From positions 4,197-68,196 of the forward strand of contig JAFPWV010000061.1 in assembly GCA_017412675.1 (NCBI GenBank): a stretch of DNA of 64,000 nucleotides, in the 5' to 3' direction. The translations under genes and the position numbers were made by a program. Shown here one piece after another: positions 35,489-43,980 of the stretch (positions are counted from its first letter, which is position 1; each line of letters begins with the position of its first letter). The stretch comes from Clostridia bacterium (GTDB taxonomy: Bacteria > Bacillota > Clostridia > Oscillospirales > CAG-272). The notes beneath the pieces are model-generated. The model ran no database searches. It saw only the letters and a program-made list of their open reading frames with translations, and was not told the origin of the DNA.

Positions 35489-35556
35489 ACGGTCGTGAAG
35501 CGGTATGTTCGGTACCGCCGCACGGCCGTTTATTCTTCATTGGAAACCGGCAGGAG
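35489..35556 (+). repeat. dispersed hairpin repeat, copy B
   Basis: ACGGTCGTGAAGCGGTAT-GTTCG-GTACCGCCGCACGGCCGT, then TTATTCTTCATTGGAAACCGGCAGG. Confidence 0.8.
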
Positions 35557-35575
35557 TTCCCACCGCATATCGTCC

Positions 35576-36757
35576 TCACGCCTCGATATCGCACAGCGGG
35601 AGGATCTCATATCCCTGCTCGCGGATCCAGTCGATCGCCAAGGGGATGAGCTTCGCGTTCGTCGAGGAGACCGTGTGGAACAGATAGATGCAGCCGGGGT
35701 GGAGCCGGACCTTCAGATTGGCAAGTGATTTGTCGAGATCCGGCTGATTGGTCGTCTCCCAGTCGTTGTACGCGAACGAATAGAGGGCGGTGATGTACCC
35801 GAGCTTTTCGGCGTAGGTCAGCACCCAGTTGTTGCAGTTCCCTGCCGGGGGACGGAAGTACAGCATCGGCGGCGCGTCCGGGAAGGCCTTGAAGTACTTC
35901 TCCTCGAGCCCGATGACCTCGTCGTAGAAGGTCTGGACCGAGACGCCCGTGAGCATTTCGTGGTTCAGCGCGTGGTTCGCCACGATGTGTCCCTCGTCGA
36001 GCATCCGGCGGATATAGTCTGCGGCGGAATCGACGTAGTAGCCGTTGATGAAGAAGGTACCCGAGACGTGCTTCTCCTTCAGGGTGTCGAGGATGATGCC
36101 CGTCAGGCCGTCCTGCTCGAAGCCGCAGTCGAAGGTGAAGTACACCACCTTGCGTCCCTCGTCGCCCCGGTAGAAGGCGCGGTGATCCGACAGGGACTTG
36201 AGGGTCGTGGCGGAGCGCTCGAACGCCGCCATCAGCTCGCCGGTCGCCGGATTGTAGAGGCTCGAGACCGTCTGTCCGGTCGTCTCGTCATACAGTTTCC
36301 TGCCCGCGAACCAGTCCTGCTCCGCGATACCCGTGTTCGGATCGACATAGACGTCGTCGAAGGGCACGTTCGGGATATCGTACATGGTATCGAGCTTCTT
36401 CTCCCCGCTCCGGTCCCGCTCGGGGAAGTCGAAGACGTAGGTCCCGTCCTCGAATTTCCACCAATGGCCCGCGGTGATCGTCGGGTGCTCGCCGGCCTCT
36501 TCGCGCGCGGGATCCGGCTGACCGTCCGGGAGCTCCGTTCCGGGCTCGTCCGGCTCCTCGGGCTCGACGGTCTCCCCGGTGACGGGGCCCGGATCGTCGG
36601 AGTGCGGCAGCCGTACGGTTTCGGCGGGCTCCGGATCGACCGTCTTCACCGGGTCCGCCGTGGGATCCGCCGGGCGAAGGGTGCAGCCGGTGATGAAGAG
36701 CGCCGCGAGGAGGAGGGCCATGCCGCGCCGGGATGCGTTTCTCTCTTTTTTCATCAT
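35576..36757 (-). CDS. polysaccharide deacetylase (CE4/NodB, PdaA-like) lipoprotein
   Basis: Start MMKKERN. Lipobox LFITGC, a Pro/Glu/Asp linker and the NodB motifs FTFDCG and HALNH. Confidence 0.75.
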   Translation of the reverse strand: MMKKERNASRRGMALLLAALFITGCTLRPADPTADPVKTVDPEPAETVRLPHSDDPGPVTGETVEPEEPDEPGTELPDGQPDPAREEAGEHPTITAGHWWKFEDGTYVFDFPERDRSGEKKLDTMYDIPNVPFDDVYVDPNTGIAEQDWFAGRKLYDETTGQTVSSLYNPATGELMAAFERSATTLKSLSDHRAFYRGDEGRKVVYFTFDCGFEQDGLTGIILDTLKEKHVSGTFFINGYYVDSAADYIRRMLDEGHIVANHALNHEMLTGVSVQTFYDEVIGLEEKYFKAFPDAPPMLYFRPPAGNCNNWVLTYAEKLGYITALYSFAYNDWETTNQPDLDKSLANLKVRLHPGCIYLFHTVSSTNAKLIPLAIDWIREQGYEILPLCDIEA

Positions 36758-36774
36758 GTTATCCGTTTGAATCG

Positions 36775-38058
36775 TCAGTTGACATGCTGGATCGCGTCCA
36801 GCTCTTTTGTTTTTGCGAGAAGCGGTTTCCGCCCGGCGAAGCACACGATCACGCCGAGCAGAGCCGCGCCGAGGAATCCGGCAAAGACGCCTTCCCAGCC
36901 GAAGGTGTCGGAAATCGCCCCCGTCACCGCACCCGAGACCGCCGCCGCCGCATAGGAGAAGCAGTTGAGCACCCCGGTCACGAACGCCGCGCGTCCGACC
37001 TTGCCGAAGTGCAGGGGAATGAAGGTGAGGAGCATCGTGTTCGCCCCGAGCATCGCCGCGGAGGAGCAGGCCAAGAGGATCGTCGCGATCACCGCCTGCA
37101 CCGCGCCGCCGTCCGAGTGACGAAGGAAGACGAGGAAGAGCCCGAGGGTCACGACGCTCACGCCGAACATGACCGCGCAGGTGCCGAGCTCCCCGATCTT
37201 GAACTTCCGCATGACGAACTTCGCGGCATAGGCGCCGAAGATGTTCACGAGCGGCAAAATCGTGCAAATCAGCGAGACCGTCGAGGAATCGGAGATGAAG
37301 CGTTCGTTGAGCGCCGTCGGGATCCAGAGATCGAGGCCGTCCTTGAGCATCCCGTTGAAGAGGATGCCGCCTGCCGCCGCGAGCAAGCCGAGGCAGAGGA
37401 GCGTCTTCACGGGGGCCGCGCCGGTGGATTTCCGCCCGTCCTCGCCGACCGTCGCCTCGGGCTCCTTCGTGAAGTCCTTCAGCGTGGCGAAGAGGATGTA
37501 GAGCAGCACGCCCATGACGACGAGGACCGAGCCGCATGCCGCGAACGAAGCGCGCCAGCCGAAGTGCTTCAGCATGACGGCGCAGATCAGGTAGCAGAGC
37601 ACCGTTCCGACGGGGATGGTCGCCGAGAGGGACGCCGCGCTCGCCTGCGCCACCTCTTCCGTCGTCCAGGTGGAGACCGCGCGGATGACGGGCGCCCAGA
37701 GCATGGAGCAGAAGAAGCCGCAGAGGCCCCAGAACACGACGAAGAGCGGCACGGAGGACGACACGCTCATCGCGAGGTTCATCCCGCCCGCGAGGACGAG
37801 CCCGGCGGGGATCATGAAGCGCGGATGCAGGCGGTCGCCGAACCAGCCGTTGATGAGCTGACCGGCCGCGTAGGCCGCGAGGAAGCAGGTCCCGATGACG
37901 CCGCCCGCCGCCTTGTCGCAGACGCCGTCCGCGATCATGTCCGCGAGGCAGACCGACAGGGTCTTCTTCCCGATGTAAACGGTCGTGTAGGAGATCCAGC
38001 AGAGGATCACCAGCCGATAGGCAAGTTTTGTTTTCAGTTTTTCATCCATCCGATCCAT
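36775..38058 (-). CDS. MFS transporter (organophosphate:Pi antiporter-like)
   Basis: Start MDRMDEK follows GGGAGG. 12 predicted TM segments and a GQLINGWFGDR motif between TM2 and TM3. Confidence 0.75.
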   Translation of the reverse strand: MDRMDEKLKTKLAYRLVILCWISYTTVYIGKKTLSVCLADMIADGVCDKAAGGVIGTCFLAAYAAGQLINGWFGDRLHPRFMIPAGLVLAGGMNLAMSVSSSVPLFVVFWGLCGFFCSMLWAPVIRAVSTWTTEEVAQASAASLSATIPVGTVLCYLICAVMLKHFGWRASFAACGSVLVVMGVLLYILFATLKDFTKEPEATVGEDGRKSTGAAPVKTLLCLGLLAAAGGILFNGMLKDGLDLWIPTALNERFISDSSTVSLICTILPLVNIFGAYAAKFVMRKFKIGELGTCAVMFGVSVVTLGLFLVFLRHSDGGAVQAVIATILLACSSAAMLGANTMLLTFIPLHFGKVGRAAFVTGVLNCFSYAAAAVSGAVTGAISDTFGWEGVFAGFLGAALLGVIVCFAGRKPLLAKTKELDAIQHVN

Positions 38059-38071
38059 GATGCCGCCTCCC

Positions 38072-38848
38072 TCAGAGAATCCGATACGCAGAGGAGTCGT
38101 ACAGGCAGACCTCGGCGTCCGCGAGGATGCGCGCCAGTTCGCAGAGCCTCGGCAGGACCGGCGCTTCCGTGTGGTAATGCCCGGCCTCGACGGTGAAGAG
38201 TCCGTCCTCCGCCGCATCCTCGGCCATGTTGTATCCGGCGTCGCCCGTCAGATAGGCGTCGAATCCGCCCGCGAGCGCTTCGGGGATATAGTCCTTCCCG
38301 TCCCCGCCGCAGACCGCGATCCGCCGGATGAGTTTTGCGGGATCCCCCGTCACCCGGACCGCGTCGCACCCGAGCGCCTGTTTCACCAGCTTTGCGAAGC
38401 TCTCCCCGGTCATCGGGGCGGTCTCCGTCCAGCGTCCGAGCAGATGGCCGTCCGACGCCTCGGAGACGCCGAAGCCGCCGCGGACCTCGAAGCCCAGCGC
38501 GCGCAGCAGGCAGTCGTTCACGCCGCCCTCCCCCGCGTCCAGCCGGGTGTGGAGCGAGATCACCGAGACGCCCGCCGCGGCAGCCATGAGGATCCGACGC
38601 CCGCCCGGGGTGTCCGGGACCGCCGCCTTCACGCCGCGGAACAGCATGGGGTGATGGGTCAGCACGCAGTCGAAGCCGTTCTCCGCCGCGAAGCCGATCA
38701 CCCGGGAGGTCGCGTCGAGGGCGACGAGCACCCGCTTCACGGCGGCGTCGGGATCGGATGAAACCATGATCCCGTCGTTGTCCCACGGTTCGGACAGAGT
38801 CTTCGGATAGAGCGTGCTGAGATGTTCGTGGAATTCGCGCACGGTCAT
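38072..38848 (-). CDS. Nif3-like dinuclear metal centre protein
   Basis: Start MTVREFHEHL overlaps the trmK stop (ATGA). WDNDG and HHP motifs. Conserved pairing with trmK. Confidence 0.8.
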   Translation of the reverse strand: MTVREFHEHLSTLYPKTLSEPWDNDGIMVSSDPDAAVKRVLVALDATSRVIGFAAENGFDCVLTHHPMLFRGVKAAVPDTPGGRRILMAAAAGVSVISLHTRLDAGEGGVNDCLLRALGFEVRGGFGVSEASDGHLLGRWTETAPMTGESFAKLVKQALGCDAVRVTGDPAKLIRRIAVCGGDGKDYIPEALAGGFDAYLTGDAGYNMAEDAAEDGLFTVEAGHYHTEAPVLPRLCELARILADAEVCLYDSSAYRIL

Positions 38849-39540
38849 GGCGTGACCTCCAGAATGCGGATGATTTCGTCCCGCAGCCCCTCTTCGGCCG
38901 CGGTATTGAGCCCCCCTGCCCGCCGTCCCGCGATCTGCGTCGCAAGCCGCGCGAGCCATTCTCCGGCAAAGTCCCGGAACAGGGGTTCTTTCTTTTCGAT
39001 GTTCGCGCACCCGAGCAAGAGCTCCGCCGGGGTGAATTCCCGGACGACGCCGTCCCAGGCGCAGTTCATGGCGGTGTAGATCTTCCCCGCCGCACGGCAG
39101 AGCCTCTCTTCGAGGATGACGAATCCGGCGGCGCAGAGGAACCTCCGCAGCTCCTCCGGGGAGGACATCGGCTGCAAAATGAGCCGCACGTCCGGCCGTC
39201 TCGTGTAGTCCGACGCGCCGACGATCCGGGCGATGAGCTCGCCGCCCATGCCGCAGATGCAGATATCGCCGACGCGGTCCCGCTCCGGTTCGAGGCCGCA
39301 GAGGCCGTCCGCGCGCACGAAGCGCATCTTCCCGGCGACACCGTACTTTTCGGCGTTCGCCTTCGCCCGCAGAAGCGGTCCCTCGTTCACGTCGGAGGCA
39401 ACGGCAAAGGGCGCGCGCCCCGCGAGGAGCAGGGAGATCGGCAGATAGGCGTGATCCGTGCCGATGTCGGCGATGACCGCGCCCGCTCTCGCAAAGGAAG
39501 CCGCCGCGGCGAGCCGGGGATCGAGCGGTGGTGAAATCAT
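38845..39540 (-). CDS. trmK: tRNA (adenine22-N1)-methyltransferase TrmK
   Basis: 231 aa. ADIGTDHAYLP SAM-binding motif and ICGMGG. Confidence 0.8.
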   Translation of the reverse strand: MISPPLDPRLAAAASFARAGAVIADIGTDHAYLPISLLLAGRAPFAVASDVNEGPLLRAKANAEKYGVAGKMRFVRADGLCGLEPERDRVGDICICGMGGELIARIVGASDYTRRPDVRLILQPMSSPEELRRFLCAAGFVILEERLCRAAGKIYTAMNCAWDGVVREFTPAELLLGCANIEKKEPLFRDFAGEWLARLATQIAGRRAGGLNTAAEEGLRDEIIRILEVTP

Positions 39541-39584
39541 GGCTCCTCCCGGGAAAAAAGGCAGGTTCGTGCCCGCCTTCTCCG

Positions 39585-39800
39585 TTATTCTTCGTCTTCT
39601 TTTTTGGCTTTCAGAAAATCGTTAAGCTGCTCGATCAGCTCGTCGGGGTCGACGCCGTGCACCATGCAGGCCTCCTCGACGGTCTCCATCCGGGAGACGG
39701 GGCAGTCGATGCAGTGCATCCCGGCGGAGAGGAAAACCTCGGCGGTGTCCTCGTCGTAGTCCACGATATCGCCGATCAGGGTTTCAAGCGTTATTTCCAT
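39585..39800 (-). CDS. DUF1858 small protein (hybrid-cluster-protein-associated redox disulfide type)
   Basis: 71 aa. GMHCIDCPVSRMETVEEAC with the Cys pair typical of DUF1858. Confidence 0.65.
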   Translation of the reverse strand: MEITLETLIGDIVDYDEDTAEVFLSAGMHCIDCPVSRMETVEEACMVHGVDPDELIEQLNDFLKAKKEDEE

Positions 39801-39852
39801 CGTTCAGAGAATCCTCGCTTTCGGAGTGATAACCGGTCGTCCCGGCCCGCCG

Positions 39853-41139
39853 TTAGTTTGCCTGCGGGAGCGGGATTTCATCCGGGACCGTGATCTTTTT
39901 GATGTCCGCGCCGAGCGAACGCAGCTTTGCGCAGATGTCGTCGTAGCCGCGCTCGATGAGGCGGATCTGTCCGATCTCCGTGGTGCCGGGGCAGGTCAGC
40001 GCCGCGATCATCACGGCGACGCCGCCGCGCAGATCCGTCGCGATCACCGGGGCTGCCGTGAGGGGCGTGCCGCCCTCGATCACGACGATGCGTCCGTCGA
40101 CCTTGATCTTCGCGCCCATGCGGCGGAGCTCTTCCACATAGCGGAACCGGTTTTCAAAGATGCTTTCGTTGATGTAGCTCGTGCCCTCGGCGGTACAGAG
40201 AAGCGCCGCCATCTGGGGGTGCATGTCGGTCGGGAAGCCGGGGTACGGGAGGGTCTTGACGGAGGTGCGGCGGATATGCTCGCCGGAGGTGACCATGACG
40301 GCATCGTCGAATTCCTCGACGTCCGCGCCGATCTCGATGAGCTTCGCCGTGACGGATTCGAGGTGCTTCGGGATGACGTTCGTGATCTTGACCGCGCCGC
40401 GCGTCGCGACCGTCGCCACCATGAAGGATCCGGCCTCGATCATATCGGGGATGATGGCGTAGGTGCAGCCGTGCAGCTCCTTCACGCCCTTGATCTTGAT
40501 AACGTCCGAGCCCGCGCCGCTGATCTGTGCGCCGCAGGTGTTGAGGAAGTTCGCGCAGTCGACGACGTGCGGTTCTCTCGCCGCGTTGTCGATCACGGTC
40601 ACGCCGTCCGCCGTTGCCGCCGCGATCATGACGTTGAGCGTCGCGCCGACGGAGGAGAGGTCGAAGAAGATGTTCGCGCCGACGGCTCCCTCGGATTCGA
40701 TCTCGACGTAACCGCCTTCGGTCGACACGCGGCCGCCGAGCGCCTCGAAGCCCTTGATGTGCTGGTCGATCGGACGGACGCCGAAGTTGCAGCCGCCGGG
40801 CAGCCCGACCTTCGCGTGGCCGAAGCGTCCGAACTCGGAGCCGAGCAGATAGTACGACCCGCGGATGCTGCGTACAAGCTCGTAATCGCTCTCGCCGCAG
40901 ATGACGTCGGTGCAGTCGATCTCCCAGGTGCCCCGGGAGAGCATCTTCACGCGCGCGCCGATCCCGCGCAGGATCTCAAACGACGTGCGGATATCGGAGA
41001 CGTCCGGGATATTCTCGAGGACGCATTTTCCCTTGACGAGGACGGATGCATATATGATGGGGAGCGCGGCGTTCTTCGAGCCGGATATCTCCACCTGTCC
41101 AAACAGGGGATTTCCCCCGTTGATGACGATCTTTTCCAT
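39853..41139 (-). CDS. murA: UDP-N-acetylglucosamine 1-carboxyvinyltransferase
   Basis: 428 aa. MEKIVINGGNPLFGQVEISGSKNAALPI and LPGGCNFGVRPIDQH (active-site Cys loop). Confidence 0.95.
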   Translation of the reverse strand: MEKIVINGGNPLFGQVEISGSKNAALPIIYASVLVKGKCVLENIPDVSDIRTSFEILRGIGARVKMLSRGTWEIDCTDVICGESDYELVRSIRGSYYLLGSEFGRFGHAKVGLPGGCNFGVRPIDQHIKGFEALGGRVSTEGGYVEIESEGAVGANIFFDLSSVGATLNVMIAAATADGVTVIDNAAREPHVVDCANFLNTCGAQISGAGSDVIKIKGVKELHGCTYAIIPDMIEAGSFMVATVATRGAVKITNVIPKHLESVTAKLIEIGADVEEFDDAVMVTSGEHIRRTSVKTLPYPGFPTDMHPQMAALLCTAEGTSYINESIFENRFRYVEELRRMGAKIKVDGRIVVIEGGTPLTAAPVIATDLRGGVAVMIAALTCPGTTEIGQIRLIERGYDDICAKLRSLGADIKKITVPDEIPLPQAN

Positions 41140-41317
41140 AGATTTGTTTACCGGACCTTTCTGATGTGCGGTAATACTTTTTGGGGATGGGGATGCATGA
41201 TACCATAACCTTATATATTATAGCAGGTTCGGTGTCGGAATGGAAGAGGAAGGTCGAAGGATTTTCATAAAATTAAAAACTCATGGAAGAAATCAACAGA
41301 AAATGCGACAATTTCCG

Positions 41318-42229
41318 TCAGGTTCTCGTATAAAGCGCACCATCCAGGGCGTTGAAAATGAAACTTCCCATCGTATCCGTCACCACCTGCCAGCAGGGGA
41401 TCAGGCAGAAATCCTCCTCTTCGCCGTAGAAGAACAGCGAATAGCAGAGCGACACCGACTCCACGCGCACCTCCCCGTCGGCCGCGCCGATCTCCTTCTT
41501 CATATTGAACAGTATATTGAAGAGGTCCGTAAGTTGTGCGGTGTACGGGACGGCGGGGGTCAGAAAGCACCAGTTCCCCCACGCGCCGACGACCCGCTCC
41601 CCCTCGACGGCGCAGAGCACGCGGTTGCCGGTGACCTGCACTCCGTCGATCGTGCGGGAACAGAGCGCATAGCACATCCGCCCGTCCTCCCAGACGTTTT
41701 CGACGACCGTTTCGACCTCCATCGATCCGATCCCCTCGAAGGTCTGGCTCCCGCGGTCGAGAAAGCCCGACGCTGCCCCGGCGACGCGTCCCCGCCGCTC
41801 ACCGCTGACGGCGCGGGAGGAGAGCGTCGGCCCGAGGACGTCCCGTTCGGCGGGGGTCGTGCCGTCCGCGCTGTACCGGAAGGAGAAATCGCCGAAGAAC
41901 TCCATCCGCTCGCCGCTCTCCGTGACGAGGATCTCCCCGTCCGGGACGATGTAGGTGCGGGCCGGTGCGCTTCCGGTCAGGAGCCCGGCGACGGTCGCGG
42001 CGTAATCGCCGGAGTTGCAGACATAGACCGCGGCGCTCTGCCGCTTGTTCATGACGATCGCCGGGTCGACCTCGATCCCGCTCTCCGCGAGCACGGCGAC
42101 GAGGTCCGCGGTCTCCGATTCGGGGAGATACTCCCGGGCGCGGGTGAGGCGCAGAAGCAGGACGGCGAGGATGATGCAGGCGGCGGCGAGGATCGCCGAA
42201 AGCACGCCCATGACGCGATGCTGTTCCAT
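41318..42229 (-). CDS. YycI-like two-component accessory membrane protein (tentative)
   Basis: 303 aa with a single N-terminal TM helix. GAGGAGG Shine-Dalgarno sequence. Size, topology and position after the YycH-like gene match YycI. Confidence 0.45.
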   Translation of the reverse strand: MEQHRVMGVLSAILAAACIILAVLLLRLTRAREYLPESETADLVAVLAESGIEVDPAIVMNKRQSAAVYVCNSGDYAATVAGLLTGSAPARTYIVPDGEILVTESGERMEFFGDFSFRYSADGTTPAERDVLGPTLSSRAVSGERRGRVAGAASGFLDRGSQTFEGIGSMEVETVVENVWEDGRMCYALCSRTIDGVQVTGNRVLCAVEGERVVGAWGNWCFLTPAVPYTAQLTDLFNILFNMKKEIGAADGEVRVESVSLCYSLFFYGEEEDFCLIPCWQVVTDTMGSFIFNALDGALYTRT

Positions 42230-42230
42230 G

Positions 42231-43595
42231 CTATCCCCTCCTCTCCTCGGCGCGCCACTCCGCCGGGACCTGATCGGAGACATAGTCCGCACGGTAGACG
42301 AGCGAGATCCGGTCCCCCGCAGCGCGTTCACCGGTCTTCGACGTGAGCCAGCCGAGGAACCACTCCTCCGAATACGTCCCAACGCGTCTTCCCGTGCTCT
42401 GCGCCGTCAGGGTGTAGAGCGAGGCCTCGCGCAGGACGCCGTTCTCGAAGGTGGCGGTGAGCGCGGGCGGGATGTCGGCGATGCGAATGTTGTCGAAAAC
42501 GTAATAGAAAGTCAGACTGACCGTGCCGCCGTCCGCCCAGACCCCGCCGAGCAGGAGCTTCGCGTCGCCGCCCGCATAGTGACGGTTGACGGCCTTGACC
42601 TCGCCCGCGAGGATGAGACAGGCGCGGATGTATTCCGCGATGCCCGAATCCGCGGCGTATCCGGCGAGATCGGAGAGCCCGATGCCGCCCTCGGAGCTGG
42701 AGCGGTACGCGAACGAGGAGGCATGGACGTCGAACGCGCCCTGTGTGCCGATATAGCTCTGCGAGCCGTCCTCCTCCTCGTGGAAGCTGAGGAGCTTGTC
42801 GGGGTTGAGCCCGAACACGCCGAGCATACGGCTGACCTCCTCGAAGTTTTCCCGGAGGATGCCCGCCGTGTTGTTCGCCATGAAGATGCCGCGCGATGTG
42901 ACGGGATCCGTGCAGACCGCGGCGACCGTCCCGTTTGTCTTGATGAAGTCAAAGGAAACGAGGTACATCTCGTAGGCGCGGACGAACTGCTCGAGGTCCT
43001 GCGTCGAGAGGATCTCCCGGGGCATGGACACCGTGATGAGCTTCACGGATCCGTCCGCCTGCCGGAACGCCGATGCCGCCGCGTTCTCGCCGTTGACGTA
43101 GGGGATGAGGACGGCTTCGGAGAGATAGAAGTCGAGGCCGGAGCGGGACGGGGTGACGTCGCGCGCGAGATCGGCGAAGAGAGCGACCACCGCCGCCGGC
43201 ATTTCGGTGTGATACCGGATATAGACGGCGTGATCCGTGGCGAGCAGGCGCTCCCAGTCGGCCTCGGTCCCCCCGCGGACATCCCCGCTGTCGAGCGCTT
43301 CGGACAGGGCGGGCGAGAGCATGGCATAGAGCTCGGCCATCGTCCGCTCCCCTCCGATCAGCGCGGACCGTTCGCCGCCGATCGTCACGCCGAGGAATGC
43401 CGGGAGGAAGCAGTCGGAGATATCCGTCGCGTCCACGGTCTTATCTGCGGTAATCTCGCCGAGATCGAAGGGGACCGTGTCGACGGAGCTCTGCCGGTAG
43501 GCGAGGAAGAGGGCGGTGAGGAGGACGAGGAGCGCGACAAAAAGAAGGGCGGTCAGCGCGGAGAGAAGCCGCTCCCGGAGCCGTCTGTTTTTCAT
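42231..43595 (-). CDS. YycH-like two-component accessory membrane protein (tentative)
   Basis: 454 aa with an N-terminal TM helix and a large extracytoplasmic part. Position downstream of the WalK-like kinase. Confidence 0.45.
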   Translation of the reverse strand: MKNRRLRERLLSALTALLFVALLVLLTALFLAYRQSSVDTVPFDLGEITADKTVDATDISDCFLPAFLGVTIGGERSALIGGERTMAELYAMLSPALSEALDSGDVRGGTEADWERLLATDHAVYIRYHTEMPAAVVALFADLARDVTPSRSGLDFYLSEAVLIPYVNGENAAASAFRQADGSVKLITVSMPREILSTQDLEQFVRAYEMYLVSFDFIKTNGTVAAVCTDPVTSRGIFMANNTAGILRENFEEVSRMLGVFGLNPDKLLSFHEEEDGSQSYIGTQGAFDVHASSFAYRSSSEGGIGLSDLAGYAADSGIAEYIRACLILAGEVKAVNRHYAGGDAKLLLGGVWADGGTVSLTFYYVFDNIRIADIPPALTATFENGVLREASLYTLTAQSTGRRVGTYSEEWFLGWLTSKTGERAAGDRISLVYRADYVSDQVPAEWRAEERRG

Positions 43596-43724
43596 AGGCC
43601 CGCCTCCTTCCTCTTAAAAGTCCATCGATCTCTTCCCGCGCATCGTGGCGATGATGCACCGGCACGTCGTGAGCCTCCCCCTCGGGGGGAGGTGACCGCC
43701 GGATTCGTCAACGGATCGGGCGGT

Positions 43725-43793
43725 CGGAAGGGGTGAAAATCAACGGTTTTCTCTGTGAAGAACGTAAAGATCCTCATCCATTCACCCCTTCCG
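43725..43793. repeat. 13-bp perfect inverted repeat enclosing 43 nt
   Basis: CGGAAGGGGTGAA (43725-43737) and TTCACCCCTTCCG (43781-43793), inside the walK/yycH-like spacer. Confidence 0.8.
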
Positions 43794-43850
43794 GCTCGCG
43801 GATCTGCGGAGCAAATCGCTCGCCACCTTCCCCAGAGGGGCAGGCAAGGG

Positions 43851-43947
43851 GTGCAGCGGCATATCCTATACAGCCGCACGAGCGTTGATTGATTTGAAAC
43901 CGCTTGCGGTTTCTTCCTCAATTCTGAATTCTTAATTCTGAATTCTT
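43851..43947 (-). repeat. degenerate composite repeat, copy E (hairpin remnant + TTGATTGA..CCGCTTG + GAATTCT array)
   Basis: TACAGCCGCACGAGCGTTGATTGATTTGAAACCGCTTG parallels copy C. The array CAATTCTGAATTCTTAATTCTGAATTCTTT lies at 43919-43947. Confidence 0.6.
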
Positions 43948-43980
43948 TCCGCAACGGTTAACTGTTCACTTACCCTTGTT

